Positions 22,558 through 36,175 of a stretch of 64,000 bases of DNA are shown here, piece after piece. Source of the stretch: Mya arenaria (lineage: Eukaryota); NCBI RefSeq assembly GCF_026914265.1, contig NC_069133.1, positions 48,673,355 through 48,737,354 of the forward strand. Direction: 5' to 3'. Each line of letters starts with the position of its first letter. Position 1 is the stretch's first letter. The notes beneath the pieces are model-generated. The model searched no databases. It saw only the letters and a list, made by a program, of their open reading frames with translations, and was not told where the DNA came from. Position numbers and translations under genes: made by a program.

Positions 22558-24039
22558 TGATTGATGCAAATGGGTGTAAAGTATTGTTTAGATGTGAACT
22601 AAGAAGTTAAACTATACAAAATATGACAGAATGCACAAATTATCCATGAGTATAATATACAGTATAATATAATATGAACTCATTTATGTAATTATATTAA
22701 TGTTAAATGATTATAAAATGAAATTATGCGTTTCAAATTGATGCATTTTCATATCTTATTTGAAAAAACTTCAGTAAAAAAAATCTAATTTCATTTTTAC
22801 TTAAGTGGGTGGGGTAAATTAACCCCTAAATATAATTTGTTTTTTGCATCCTCTCAAACCAAAATGGAACTGTTGCCAGATTATAAACCCTTATAAGTTT
22901 AATAACCTCACTCTCGAGTATACTTTGGTGAAAGTTTTATTAAAACGATAATCATTGCTTTCATTTATCAAAATAAACAACAGGCATGCTCAGATTTTGT
23001 AGAATTTTATCGTTAAGTAAGTTCATTTTTTTCAAATTTCCCATTGGTTTCTAGGTGCAACTTTTTTCCTCTAAAGTAGATATATTCTTTTAACAGGAAA
23101 CATACAAATGATTTTTTTTTGCAATTTCTTCACACTTCGATGCTATTTTGAGCTACGATGATTAGCCTATAAAATTTGTCTAAAAGTATGATGGAGGTGC
23201 ACCCAGTGTTTAAATTTTTTCATTGTTCACGCAGAAACAGGGTGGCATAAATGCTAGCGAAGCGTCATTGCCCCTGAATTCTTAGTCAGTTACCGGTATA
23301 TCCAATGTCAGTATTTAGCTGAAAACTATAGGAAAATTTTGTTTATTAAAGTACAAAAATCACTCTGCTGATTTCATAAGAACGTCAATAGTTCATTAAT
23401 TTGAGATTTAATAACACCATTCACTGAATATATCCCGGATTATAGACAAATTACACGTATACAAATGGAGTTTAATATAAGTCGAACTCTGCTGATTTTA
23501 TTAAAACATCAATAATTCATTAGTTGATGGATTAAGAAAACCATGCAACGAATATATTCCGGATTATAGAAAAAATAACGACGCAGAAAAACATGGATCC
23601 AAATACCAAGAATAATGATTAAACTTTGTCTAAGAGCATCTGTACTTTAATTGTACAAAACAAGAACGTACCGACTAACGCGCATGCTGTTGACCGTATA
23701 ACTTTGTGTTTTTGTTGAGAAATATTTGTTTAGGGCATGAATTATTTTATTTCTGATTTAGAATTCACTAAAATTTAGTACAGCGTAATCGAAGACGCCA
23801 GCGATGACAACACCATGGAGCTGGCAATGCCTGGAATTTTGTATCAGAAATACAGACAGCATAAGTCCAAAATGTGACTACCGGCATATAGCGCAAAATA
23901 TATATGCACCTTTTTCGACGGGATTGGTGATGAGAACAATACTTATTTTGATGCGACGCCACGACTGTTTTTGAAACATGACTAAAAAGAAGAAGATGCA
24001 GTTCACAAGAATACCAAGTTTGAGGTACCTGGATACAAG

Positions 24040-24765
24040 CATTTTTCAGTTATTGAAATAAATCGGATTTTCAATTTAAAGTCAGCACGACCTTGACTTT
24101 TGACCAACTGACGTCAAATAGTGGGGATACTGATCAAGTTAGAGGGACCACTACCAAGTTCGGGGTATTACGGTCACAACTTAAGGTCAAAGCGACCTTA
24201 ACCTTTGACCTACTGACCTCAAAAGCAAAAAGGTTCATCAGCTGGTCATTACCAACCTTACTTTAATAATCAAATTTTGAGGTCATTTGGCCATAGCGTT
24301 TTTCAGTATTTAACTTGAAACAGATTTTCAGCTTAAGGTCACCACCAACTTGACCTTTGATCCACTGACCTCAAATCAAATATGGTTCATCTGCTAGTTA
24401 TGACCAATCAATTGCTACCAAGGTGGAGGTTCCTGAGCAAAAGCGTTCCTCAGATATTAAATGTAAACTATTTTTCTTCTTAAGCTCACCACGATCTTGA
24501 CCTTTGACCCACCAATACAGTTATTATGGTCATGACCTACCTACCCAGAAAGTTTAAAATCCCCGTGGCTAAGTGTTCTTCATATTGTTCGGAAACCGAT
24601 TTTCAGCTGAAGGTTATCTTGAGGCAATCAAATGATTTCAAAATCAAAGGACTTTATCTGTTGGTCATGACCAACCTGTCTTCATTGTTTAAGAACCCTT
24701 GGCAGCGTTCTTTAGAAAGTGAGCAGAACCGTGGGGACGGACGGATGGACGGATAGAATATCAAA
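24040..24765. repeat. Satellite array, ~120-bp monomer x ~5-6, ending in a (GGAC/GGAT)n microsatellite at 24741-24765.
   Basis: Monomer ...ttaaggtcaaagcgaccttaacctttgacctactgacctcaaaagcaaaaaggttcatcagctggtcattaccaacct... repeated, followed by ggggacggacggatggacggatag. Confidence 0.85.
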
Positions 24766-25789
24766 TATCTATATGCCAAACGGATAATATTTTAAGTTGT
24801 GAATGTGACGCACGCTTTGGATGAACAAGGGAAATTCTATTCTCTTCAAGATGATAGGGTATAACATTAAGCAGCTTAAGTTATTTCTTAACTTAAGTCG
24901 ATTTCCAAAAATGTACATTGTCTAAATGAGATTTTTGTGTATTACATAAAATTATTGGAAAAAAGAGTATTTTAGATGTTATTAATTTATTTAATAATAC
25001 GATACTTTAATTACCTAAGTAAATGACTTAAGCAAAAAAATACATATTGTGTAGTTTTATTTTTAAATTACAAGAATAATGTTGGCTGACCCATTTTGGT
25101 CACCTTACCCTAAATGGAACAACATTGTGCAAAAACTTTTCCAGACTGACTACTTGACGTCAATAAAATCATTAGGAACAAGAAAATACATAAGTAAAAT
25201 GGAGGACAGAGGATTTATGTTATTACTGACTAGACTTTTAAAGTCAAGTTAACAACAGTAATTTATATGTCGTTGTCCGCAAATGAAGGAATAGTTTGTA
25301 GTCATTTAAATATCCTACCTGTATATCAGAATTTAGCATGTTGCGATTCTTTTCTGCGATTAAGTATCATACACTGTATAGCAATATTCTATCTACTATA
25401 TTTATATGCATTACGATGTGTGTATATTTAGTGAGATTTAACCTGACTAAACATCGATATCAATCTGTTACCCCTGCAGAGAGTTGCAAACCTTTTAAAA
25501 CTATTTCTGGAACTAGTCGACAATAGAAGGAGACCTATATAACGGAAGAAAGTCTGGCGAGACATTAAACCAATTACTTCAAAGCTTTACTTGCTTTTAA
25601 AATGATCATGTTTTATCATATGAACGAAAGACATCCATTAACTATTTCGATCAACAATGGGAGATCCAACATTAAACGCTAGAAAGTCTGTTATTATGTT
25701 CTTAATGCTAATCTATCGAAATGAGCTTAATAAAAAGAAGAAGAAAAGGCACACAAAAACTTGAACTTGTCGAAACTTGGTCGGATATG

Positions 25790-26220
25790 AACGATATCAA
25801 GTCTGATTTAAGACTTAATCCTGGGGTCATGGTTACGAACAGCCTCAATTCTGAGTTGTGACTCAACCCTGGGGCCATGCTTTGGAACAGTCTCAAGTAT
25901 AAATTCAGGCTAAATCCTTGGGCCATGGTTACGAACAGCCTCAATTCTGACTCAATCCTGGGGCCATGGTTACGAACAGCCTCAATTCTGAGTTGTGACT
26001 CAACCCTGGGGCCATGCTTTGGAACAGGCTCAAGTCTAAATTCAGACTCAATCCTGGGTTACCATGTTTACCAACAGTCTCAAGTCTGTGTCCAGTTGTA
26101 TTCCTGGAGCCATTGTTGCGAACATTTTCAAGTTTGAGTTCAGTCTTAATTCTGGAGTCATGCTTACGAACAGTCTCAAGTCTGAGTTCAGACTCAAGTG
26201 GGAAACTGCAAATTTTCATT
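25790..26220. repeat. Tandem repeat, ~57-60-bp unit x ~7 (tcaaNcctggggccatgNttacgaacagNctcaaNtctga).
   Basis: Direct repetition seen in the sequence. Overlapping ORFs appear on both strands, which is typical of stop-poor tandem repeats. Confidence 0.85.
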
Positions 26221-29200
26221 TCACTTCGTTTCTAGTTGAATTGCTTAATTTTATTTCTATATTCATACGATATCAAACTCTACGTGTATACATCTTTACA
26301 TGTAAAAAGGTATGTATCCGCATAGATCTGTTCTTCTATTGACGTAGGTACATGCAGGTTTGTTATCAGTCTAATGTATATTTAATTTGCCACAGTCATC
26401 CTTAAGAAAAAGGTGTTATTTAAACGGATTTGTTAAATCTTGTCATTCATACAATTTCTGTGTATTAAAACCAACAGTTCATCTTGAAGTAATGCTAAAG
26501 CTTTGATGTTGTCCTTGTCCATGTCGTCGTTGTGCAAAGAAAATCCAAAAACGCATCACTTCAAAATAGGTCAGAACTAACAGCCGTTCAAGCTCATTGC
26601 ACAATGTCATGTAATTAGTAGAAAACACACCCATGAGTGTCACAGCTCATAACTCTTTGAAGTATACCCCTCAATTGAAAACATCCATAGCAGCAGGCAT
26701 CCGTTTCACGTGTTGTTGTTTTAATGGCAATTACTGTTTCATGTTATGTATTTTGAATCGTATGATTAGCCTACATGAACTGTTTAGGAATGGTTTCGAT
26801 GGTCGATAATTTTCTATTTTCATTTAGCGAAAACTGTACATATCGCGTTTTGTTGTAGGTGTGATAATTTGCACGGAAATGTTGGTTATATCAGAACAGA
26901 ACAGAACAGAACAGAAACTTTATTTTCGACTTAAGAATAAACAGCTCATCGTCACATTTCACAAATATAAAAATGAAATATAGAATACACACACATACAA
27001 TCAAGCAAAACATAAATAGTTACATTATAACGCGTTTTAAATGATTTTTGTATCATATACAGATATTTTTTTTAGAGAATACTCAAAAATGAAAAGAACA
27101 AAAGAAAATAAGGAAAACATCAACCAAGTTACGCACAAATCAGCGTGCATGATGGTTGATATCAAAGTAAGAATGTTAAATGTATTATTTAACACATAAA
27201 CCTTGAAAATTGCGGACAGAAATAGAATGAGGCATGAAAATAGAATTAATATTGCCATTTATAAAGGAACCTGAAACAAAGAGATTAGAGATACATCATT
27301 TGTGATAAAACGGCAACAGAAAAACAAAACAAAAAGCATGTAAAAAGGAAATACAAAGACATATACAACTCGTCTTGTTTTGGGTGACAATTCTTGAATA
27401 AAACAATTAGTCATTTCAACGGCTTTTAAACAAAAAATGCTAATTTAACAAGAAGTGATTTATTATCAGTTTGTATTAGAGAAATAAACTTAGCCATAGT
27501 AGGACGTTCTGAATAGTATCTGGGTATATAATTTCTACGAACATCAGCATACATTGGACATTTTAAGACAAAATGGTACTCGTCTTCCAGATCTTTTAAA
27601 TTACAAAATGTACACTTTCTTTCATTTCTTACAATGTTATTATGTCTTCCAACTTCAATTTTTAATCTATGGGACGAGAGACTTAATTTTGCAAGTCGTT
27701 GTCTGTACTTAATGTTATCTCATTTATAGATATAGCTTGAGACTTCGAATGTCGAATGTTCTTTATATATAAATAATGAGCTACAACTTTCCATACCTAC
27801 TCTCCAGTCTGAAATATCAATATAATAAAGGTACAAATGCAGTCATAATAATTGATTCTGGATAAAGCCACATGTCATGAAATTCTAAATGTTGTAAAAC
27901 ATCTCGAACATTTGAGGCCCAAGTTCTAACAACATGGTTTGCATCTCTCTCTCTCATTTTTTACCGATAGTTGGCCTTTAATACAATTATCAGCTAGTTG
28001 CCAGTGAATAGCTTGATAAAATATTTAATAATCCGAATATATCGTTCGATATATAACGGAAACCGACCTAGCTCACTGTATAAAGACAATGTATTTGTAC
28101 ACCGTTTTAATTAAAATATCCATTTACAAAATCATTTTTGCACTCTTTCCAAGCACTCATATTTCCCTAATCCCCAAACCTCCGATCCATAATTAAGTAT
28201 AGACACTTCATATGAGTCAAACAGATTCAACATAATTTTAACAGGAACAATTGTATGTTTCATAATAGAAAGTTAGTCATTAATTAATCAAAGAGCTATT
28301 CCATGCAGCTAAAGCTAAAGCTGCTTGAGCAAAAGAACCACCAGACGTTAGTACTACACCTAGGTAATTAAAAAGTTAACTATTTCAACATTGACACCGT
28401 CATATCTCCATTTATCTGTTCGCGAAAGGCTACCACCTTTTTTAAGACAACAATTTTAGTTTTCTCAACATTTACTGTGAGTTTCCAACGATTACAATAA
28501 GTTTCCAAGTGATCTAGTGATTCCTGTTTGCCTTCTTTTGACTATTAGAGCGGCATCGTCAGTAAATAACAATAAGTAAATATTAAGTTCATCAATGGTG
28601 AGCCCGGCGTAAACGGTTCCTGGCTGTATATGTAACTCAATGTCATTTAAAAATTGGGAAAACAGATCGGGGAAGTTATCTCCCCTTGAAATAATCCGAC
28701 ATTTCTATCAAAGAAATCAGAAAATGTACCTACATGTACCCTAAACTAATAGACACAATTATGAATCTCCTTGAAAATCCTTTACTTCATTTGAATTTTC
28801 TCTTTTAATTTATTGGATATTATAACCCTCAGTCCACTTTAATATCGTGGAAAACACTAAAATTAAAAGTTTATAAAATAATCTTAATAAAAAAGACGAT
28901 AATCTATGTTTACCATATTTCAAAAATTCAGATAATTTAGTCCGAGCTGGACCAGCACTTTTGCCCAAGATCAGTTTTAATATGTGAACTACTTGCGTTA
29001 TGTTCTTAATTTTTTAATGTTTATAAATTATAAGATGACCGCTCTGGAACAAATTCAATTTTAAAAGCATTGGTTTGTCCAAACATTTGATCCATGAACA
29101 TTGAAATTTACAAATTTTGTAACCTCAACTTCAATGTAGCAATCTACTACAATTGAGCCATTTGCACACACAAATGTTAAATTGCCAATATTTTTATCAC

Positions 29201-29574
29201 CCACTACTCGCCAGTTTGCTATTTAAAGTTCCCATCAAAAATCAATAAGCAATCTACCATTTGTACTAACAACATTATCTTCAGATTTTTTTGGCAAAAT
29301 AGTATCGGTTGTTTATTACACAGGTAAAAGGTTTTGATCTCTTAATGTGTTCTTACCATCTACTACCAAGTCTAGCAAAGTCCCTACCCTTGAATTTAAA
29401 TTCCCAAGTATTGTTTAAATACGATTATGGTCATCATTTTGTTGCTTAATTGAAATTATATTTTGTTCAATAACATCATAATTGTTATTTCCAACTTGAG
29501 GGTTTCTGTTAGAATTAGAAGGTGCAATATAAGTATTACATATTACAAATAAATAGATAACAGTCGTTTATCAC

Positions 29575-29672
29575 TGGTTTCCATGGATTTTCGGAAACAA
29601 TCGCTCGTTCCAAGACAAAAAAATACAAAAAAGTTGCCGAATCGTTCAATCTGTGAGAGTGCAGCTTTAAAA
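29575..29672. mobile_element. Truncated copy (right end only) of the aaagctgcactctcacag MITE family.
   Basis: ...cgctcgttccaagacaaaaaaatacaaaaaagttgccgaatcgttcaatctgtgagagtgcagcttta. Confidence 0.6.
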
Positions 29673-30607
29673 GAAAACTAAAGTTTAAACGAAAACAATA
29701 TTGAAAGAAATTGGGAAACATCATTTTGATTGATATTGTGACTTTTTGGAACAGAGCACTTTTTCGGTGTATAAAATAAACAGCAGTTTTATTAATGTCA
29801 TAAAAAATAATTAAATATAAGGCCATCATTTTAATTATTTTCTATGATGTCTATTAAACATTTAATAAATAAATATGATAGTTTATCGTTCTGTATTAAA
29901 GAATATATCTATAACACCATGTAACCATACACTTTAACACCTATTTATACTTAAAAATCAACCTTATTCTTGTAAAAAATGATAAAGCTTGGTTGGACTT
30001 ATTCATAAAATGTACTCATTCAAATAAATTCATTTTACTTATGATGATATTAACTCAGAATGCAGTGTATAATTTTTTTTGTACTTTTAAACTAAAATAT
30101 GTGAATAAACAAGAACAGTAAAGCGGACGGAAACGCCACTCCAAAAATGTCAAAGTGAAAGTCCTCGACTATGTTATTATAAGTTATGTAAAATATGTTT
30201 GACCATCTGTTTGAACATGTCATTGGTATTTTAACATTTAGATTTTTCACAATAATTCTTCACTCTTCAACATTTGAAGTTTTGTCTTCTCCCATGCGTT
30301 TGTACGTGTAGAGTGTGCACAGATGATTGGTTTCATGCCCCTTTAGGTGCATTACCCAACAATAATGTTTTGCTGTCATGGAATAAAGTTGTACTTTAAA
30401 ACATTTCTTAATAATTAGTATAGATAATTATACTGGTATAAATGAAACAAATGTAAGCAGTTTAATATTTCTCCTATTTATTTTGAAAAACAACCTGATA
30501 TATATAAATTTATAATGTTTATCAAAGCTGTGCGACTGATGAACTTTATTGATAAATAAATTTATAATGTTTTCAAAGCTGTGTGACTGATGAAATTAAT
30601 CGATAAA

Positions 30608-30668
30608 ATTCATCATCATCATCATCATCATCTCCACCACCACCACCACCACCACCACCATCACCACA
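30608..30668. repeat. (CAT)8(CAC)n compound trinucleotide microsatellite.
   Basis: catcatcatcatcatcatcatctccaccaccaccaccaccaccaccaccatcaccac. Confidence 0.95.
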
Positions 30669-31945
30669 ACCACTAAACAAAAACCAGTCCAAATATGTTT
30701 TATATAAAATAACCACATCTCTTTCAGCAGCAGCTTCCTTGTGTCAAATCCGCTCTAAAGGATCCAACATAGTATTTAATGCAGGCTGGAATTCTTCATA
30801 ACCTGTTGTTGGCTTTATAATATTCAGTCATTTTCCTACCTGAAAGAAATAAGACTTCTGATTGTCAACCAGCAGAAACTACCACCGTAAAAATCCAAAT
30901 GCACACGTTTTATACAGTTTGCACTAATATCCGTTATACATAGCTGTTGTGCATACGATTGATACTGATTCCGGACAGTCCGGGGATATGACAGAATTGG
31001 CGAGACCTACACCACGCAAAGGAGTTATGTAAATGAGTAGTGTCCCAGCATTTGTGGGTTCAAGCCCCAAACAAATAACGTATGATGTTTGTTAGGAATG
31101 AGTCGCGTACCAACAAACATAATATTATTATAAACAAATATTCAAGTTCAATAGGGGACATTTGCCTATAGAATGCGACCAAAAATCACGTTTGCTTAAT
31201 CAATTAAAACAGTTAAAGGCATGAACGACGTATTTCTAATTCATTCAGGCAACCTTTCTAATAATATTAATCCCCCATTTAGAATAAAAGGTCACGGGAA
31301 CGAAGTTTTAAACCAGTGCCTTGCTTCTCAATTAAGATTAAAATAAAAGCATTTTACATTAAAGACGGTGCTCTGTACTAGTCTATATAAAGCTGTGGCA
31401 TTGTACAACCTCAGTCTATTCTCAAGAAACAAGCGAACAAGCAATATACCGCTGTGCAACATGAACAGCTATTAGATACCGATTTTACTGGAAAATACGG
31501 GTAATACAAACAAACATCTGCTTTAATAAGTACGGACTGAAATGTGTATCGGCAACAAAACAAATTTATAACAAATACATATTGAAGGAAAATACCAACA
31601 GTGTTAGAGACGCATGAATAAAATGAAACATATTAGTTTATTCAACAGCTGTCATTGTAGTTTGAAACATGGATGAAACTGAAACCGAATCGATGAGTGT
31701 ATATTAAAAAAGCAAAGTTGTACAGGATAATATACAAGAATATAAAAACCAACAGCATGAAAGTGACAACTATAACATCTGTAGTATTAACAATGTGTGT
31801 ATATTCAAAATACAAAACATCTTCAAACTATTGACGTGTTATATCAATGTTTTATATATTTATGTTATAAAACATCATTTTAACGTTTTAAAGGTATTTT
31901 ACGGATTTTCCACGCTACTTGGTATAAAACTATATTTAAAAAAAC

Positions 31946-32351
31946 ATGGAAGGAATTTCATCCGGCGTTGCGATTACTTGGAGAAATCAGAGTACTGGTG
32001 GTGATAGTGAACATCTATTCCACAACACAACTGGCAACGGAAGTGAACCTCTATACCAATACTCAACTGGCAATGATAGTGAACATCTATACCAATCGTC
32101 AGACCAGCCGTACATTCCCATGTACCTGAATGTACTAGTGGCGGTGCTTAACGCTATCATATTCATCATTGGCGTTACGGGAAATATTCTGGTCATCACT
32201 GTGATCTTAAAACTGCGGGAAATGAGGACGCCGACAAATGTGTTTCTGCTAAACTTGAGTGTAGCAGACGTCTTGTTTCTGGTCGTGTGCCAACCTGCCG
32301 CTCTGCTCGAGTTCTTTGGAAAGGACAGGTGGTTTCTAGGGGAGGCCATGT
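31946..32351 (+). CDS. Class A (rhodopsin-like) GPCR, exon 1. It encodes the N-glycosylated N-terminus, TM1, TM2 and the start of TM3 up to GEAM-.
   Basis: ATG at 31946. N-x-S/T sites are present. TM1 is IFIIGVTGNILVITVIL and TM2 is NVFLLNLSVADVLFLVV. The conserved W (DRWFLGEAMC) is present. The donor consensus gtgagt sits at 32352. Confidence 0.8.
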
Positions 32352-33794
32352 GTGAGTTATGCATTTCTTTATCACTTTTGTGATTTGTGTTTTTTTATTT
32401 TTTAAAAAGAAATATTGGCAGCTAGCTAACCACTAATTTCGAGAGGAAGGACGTAGCGAATCATGACTATTATTTAGCACCGTAGATGAGCATTATTCGA
32501 TAAATTATCGCTGATGGCCTTCCACAGTGCAAATGTCGTTGAATGACCAAAACATACAATGCTTAAAAAAACTTTATTTTTCATTTAATTTTGAGGTAAC
32601 AAGCATAACACATTCACCTATACATATTTTTGAAACATTTTAATTTGGCCTTTCCCACCAATTTTTGCATTGTGGAAGGTCCTTGTCGACTCGCGGTCCT
32701 TTACAATTTTGTAATGCGACACTTATTTATATGTGCAATGCATCTGTAAAAATATCCTTTATTGTTGTGGGTCTTCAACAGACTAAATGATGCAATCAAC
32801 CTATTGCTAATCACTTCTTTCAACAGATTTAGATGTTGATAACCGTTTTTTCCCAACTCGACATGATCTATAAAATGAGAATGAAAGATACAATACACAT
32901 TCCAATAAAAGTATGCCGTATTCATCCGAGAACGTTATAGTTGATAACAAAAGAACGTGCAAATATATAAATGTACAATATATTTGTTGTTACTGATTTT
33001 ATTAGGCCACATCAATTTAATGTTCTGTTCTTCGGATTCTGTCAGATATAAATCGGAGCTAGCAGACAATTTTTAAAAATAAAATAAAAAACAAACCCGG
33101 AGTGGACAGAGGTGTAACCAAATTTTCATACTTAATTAATCATTTAGAATATTTATCCTGAATAGGTTCAACTTTATTCTTCCTCTTAAATGTAATTTTA
33201 AGCAAAACCCAGGAGTAATCATTACAAATAACTATTTCAATTGTTTTGGGAGTCGTCAAAGACATATAATGACATGTTTTGCTTTGTGTGATACATTTTC
33301 TGGGAAATAGACGCGGAACGTAGAACGAAACGTCAGTGTTATGTGGCCGAAACAATATCAAAGTAATCAGACCAACACTGATTAAAATAAATATGTACCA
33401 CCCCGTTGAATTTCCTGATGGATAAATTAATCTTAATGTTAAATGTTGGGGCCTTGTGACTCCATACACTTTTGGTATTAAGTTTATGTTTGCTTATGTG
33501 CAATCACGAGTACATTCCAAGGGCTCTAGTCATTGCAGTTGGTATTTTTACACTTTATTTCAACTGAAATTGGACGTGTAACAACCTATTTTTATGAAAT
33601 GATGTAAGGGCTAAAACGTTTGTCACATACATCTGCGATTAGCGTGTAGCGTAACTGTGTATTATTTCTGATTATCCATCAGTTATTTTTCGCATATGCT
33701 TACATCATATAAGTGATAATAGCAACCATATTTTAACTTTACAAACAGTTACGTAAACTTCACAATTTCCTTTTAAATGGTTCCCTCAATATTC

Positions 33795-34628
33795 TAAAGC
33801 TGTACTCTCACAGATTGACAGTTTCGACTTTTTTAAGTTTTTGTCGCAGAATCAACTGATTTGGTATCGATGCATTACAGTCATATATCAGTGTGTGTAT
33901 ACCACGTGATAAATTACGTCATATATGCTACCAGGGAAGGCAACATTTTGCTTAAAATGAAATCTTAAATCAAATATAACTTTTCTTTTACAACACCATT
34001 TTAAATGAAACAAAGGGCAGGATATGCCGCTTAAAGAGCCCCGCGTTTGTTTTATTACCGAAATTTGATAAAGTTATTTCATCAAGCACTTAGACAAACC
34101 TGTTTCCAAAATAATGTTTTGACAGTGCTCTGTCAGACGGCCGTATTGCGAAAAGGTTTGTCGAAGTGTTTTAAGAAACTAAACTCTCAATCAAAATCTG
34201 GTAAAAGACCGAAGGCAGGGCTCCGTAAGCTGCGTAGACTGCGCTGTGTTTCATTTAAAATGGTAAAGAAATTGTGAAGATATCTTTGTTTAAAGTATTT
34301 TTTAAAGCAAAATATTGCCTTCCGACTTAGCATTTATGACGCAATTTATCACGTGGTATACACACACTGTATATGATAACTCACAAAAGAATAGGTCTCA
34401 ATGGAATTGAAACACGCCGAAAAACTCATTTTTTTTAAAGTGTTTGAAACGCTTTTAGCCTTAAAACATCAATTTTTGAACGTAAGTATGAACAACTGCG
34501 ATCTGATCGTTTGGAAGGAGTCTTACAACACTGGTCTCCAGATATTTACGCAAAAACTGGCTCATTCCCAGCCAAAAACAACAACAACAAAAACTGTCAG
34601 TACGGTCAATCTGTGAGAGCGCAGCTTC
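33795..34628. mobile_element. Non-autonomous element of ~830 bp in the GPCR intron. It has the same terminal inverted repeats as the MITE family plus an inner inverted repeat.
   Basis: Termini ctaaagctgtactctcacagattgac and caatctgtgagagcgcagcttcaag. The inner inverted repeat is cagtgtgtgtataccacgtgataaattacgtcat (33888) versus atgacgcaatttatcacgtggtatacacacactg (34337). Confidence 0.7.
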
Positions 34629-36175
34629 AAGATAAGTGTTAAATCACCAAATATTCAATGAGACTAATGTATTAAACAAGTTTCATTTAAAAGCTTAGAA
34701 TCTTGTTTGAGCATTTCATCACTTTACGACCAAATGGCTTACTTCCGAAAATGTGTACATATGTAATCTAGTCTTCCTAATAATATTACATATGACAATA
34801 AGAAGCTTGTGAGCCCAAAAGCTTAATGTTATTCAAAATACTGACAATTGGGGATGAATGAAAGTGCTGTTTGATGTCGCTAGCATAAATTCCCAATTGT
34901 CAAATGATTCTTCCTAGAAAGAACTTACCACATTGAATAAGTAAGATTTTAAAGTAAAGTTTATTGGCTGATAAAATTGTTCCCTTTATTTGAATTGGTG
35001 TTTTTCAGAAGAACGCAATTAAATTGCTTAAAAGAGATTATAATGTTCCATTAGGGAGCGCCAAATAACTTCCGATGGTTAAACTATTCAAAGAAGCGTG
35101 GCGAAAACACGTACATGAAAAAAATGGGATTGATTTTCAAGGTTGCGAAAATAATAGAGGTTGCGAAACACTACACTTCCGACAACGAACATTCTCTTTT
35201 AAAATTAGTTTTCACTTTACGTCGCGATAAAAGCATAACATCCACCGCGTTCATTTCGATAATTTTTACAGCGACCATCTACGTCGAGAGAAAGCTATAC
35301 GCGGCGTTGCGATGTGTTAACTAACGGTAATTAAGATAGCTAAAGATTTTCTAAAGGCTGATTCTTTGTTTCCCTCCTATAAATATAATTCTAGTCAGTT
35401 TTATTTCACTCATGCAATCCGACCTGAAATCTACAAATCAGTTGGTTCTAACGGCAACGTAGTTTGGTCCTCGAAAATTGCCTTATCATGTACGCGAAGC
35501 TACGCGTGCGACTAAAAGTTACTGTGTAGACTTTTGCAACAGTTCACTTTACGCATTGAATGTTACTAGCGCTAGCGGATCCAGGGTGCTGCAACCGCTG
35601 CGCCCCTCCCTAAAATCGTCCTTGTTTATCATTTTTTTATCAATAAAGAAGAAAAGAAAGTAATACAATACCCCCCTCCCCCCCCAAAAAAAAATAAAAA
35701 AATATATCACCATTTCGGACTAGAATTTGCTCCTCCAAAACCACGTCAACATTTTAAACCAAACACATTTTTGCTTCTAAGGGACGGGCGGAAGTCAAGT
35801 TACGCCCCTCAGTTACGCCCCTTTTTAGCGTCAAATCCTTGACTCGCATAAGTCACTAAATTCCTCGTGCCTTTTAAAATGTCATTTTAACTTGTACATG
35901 TACAATTCATCTGGATATATATCTGGATGACGTAGTGTACGAGAAGTAGATCAAGTAGCGTTCCGCCATCTCTATACTATCCTAATATTTGCATGAGTGC
36001 ATGTGTGCATGCGTTTTTCAATTTGTACAATTAACGCACACCTGTACAAAATAGCATAATAAAAGATAGTCCACTAGTGCATGTATCAGTACAACTTACA
36101 TTTTGCAATCTCTCTGGCGTCTCAAACAAAATCCTGCAAACTTAATGCAAGCTTATCAATTCTAAATATTTTCAG

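Noticed and set aside
25708-26342. Overlapping ORFs of 78-92 aa on both strands.
   Set aside because: They lie wholly inside the 57-bp tandem repeat and are periodic translations of it.
31987-32364. 125-aa ORF antisense to GPCR exon 1.
   Set aside because: It is a mirror-strand artefact of a GC-balanced coding exon. The sense strand has clear TM helices and a splice donor.
34047-34277. 76-aa basic ORF inside the 830-bp MITE-like element.
   Set aside because: It has no start or stop context of a gene and sits inside a non-autonomous element. It is probably a chance ORF.
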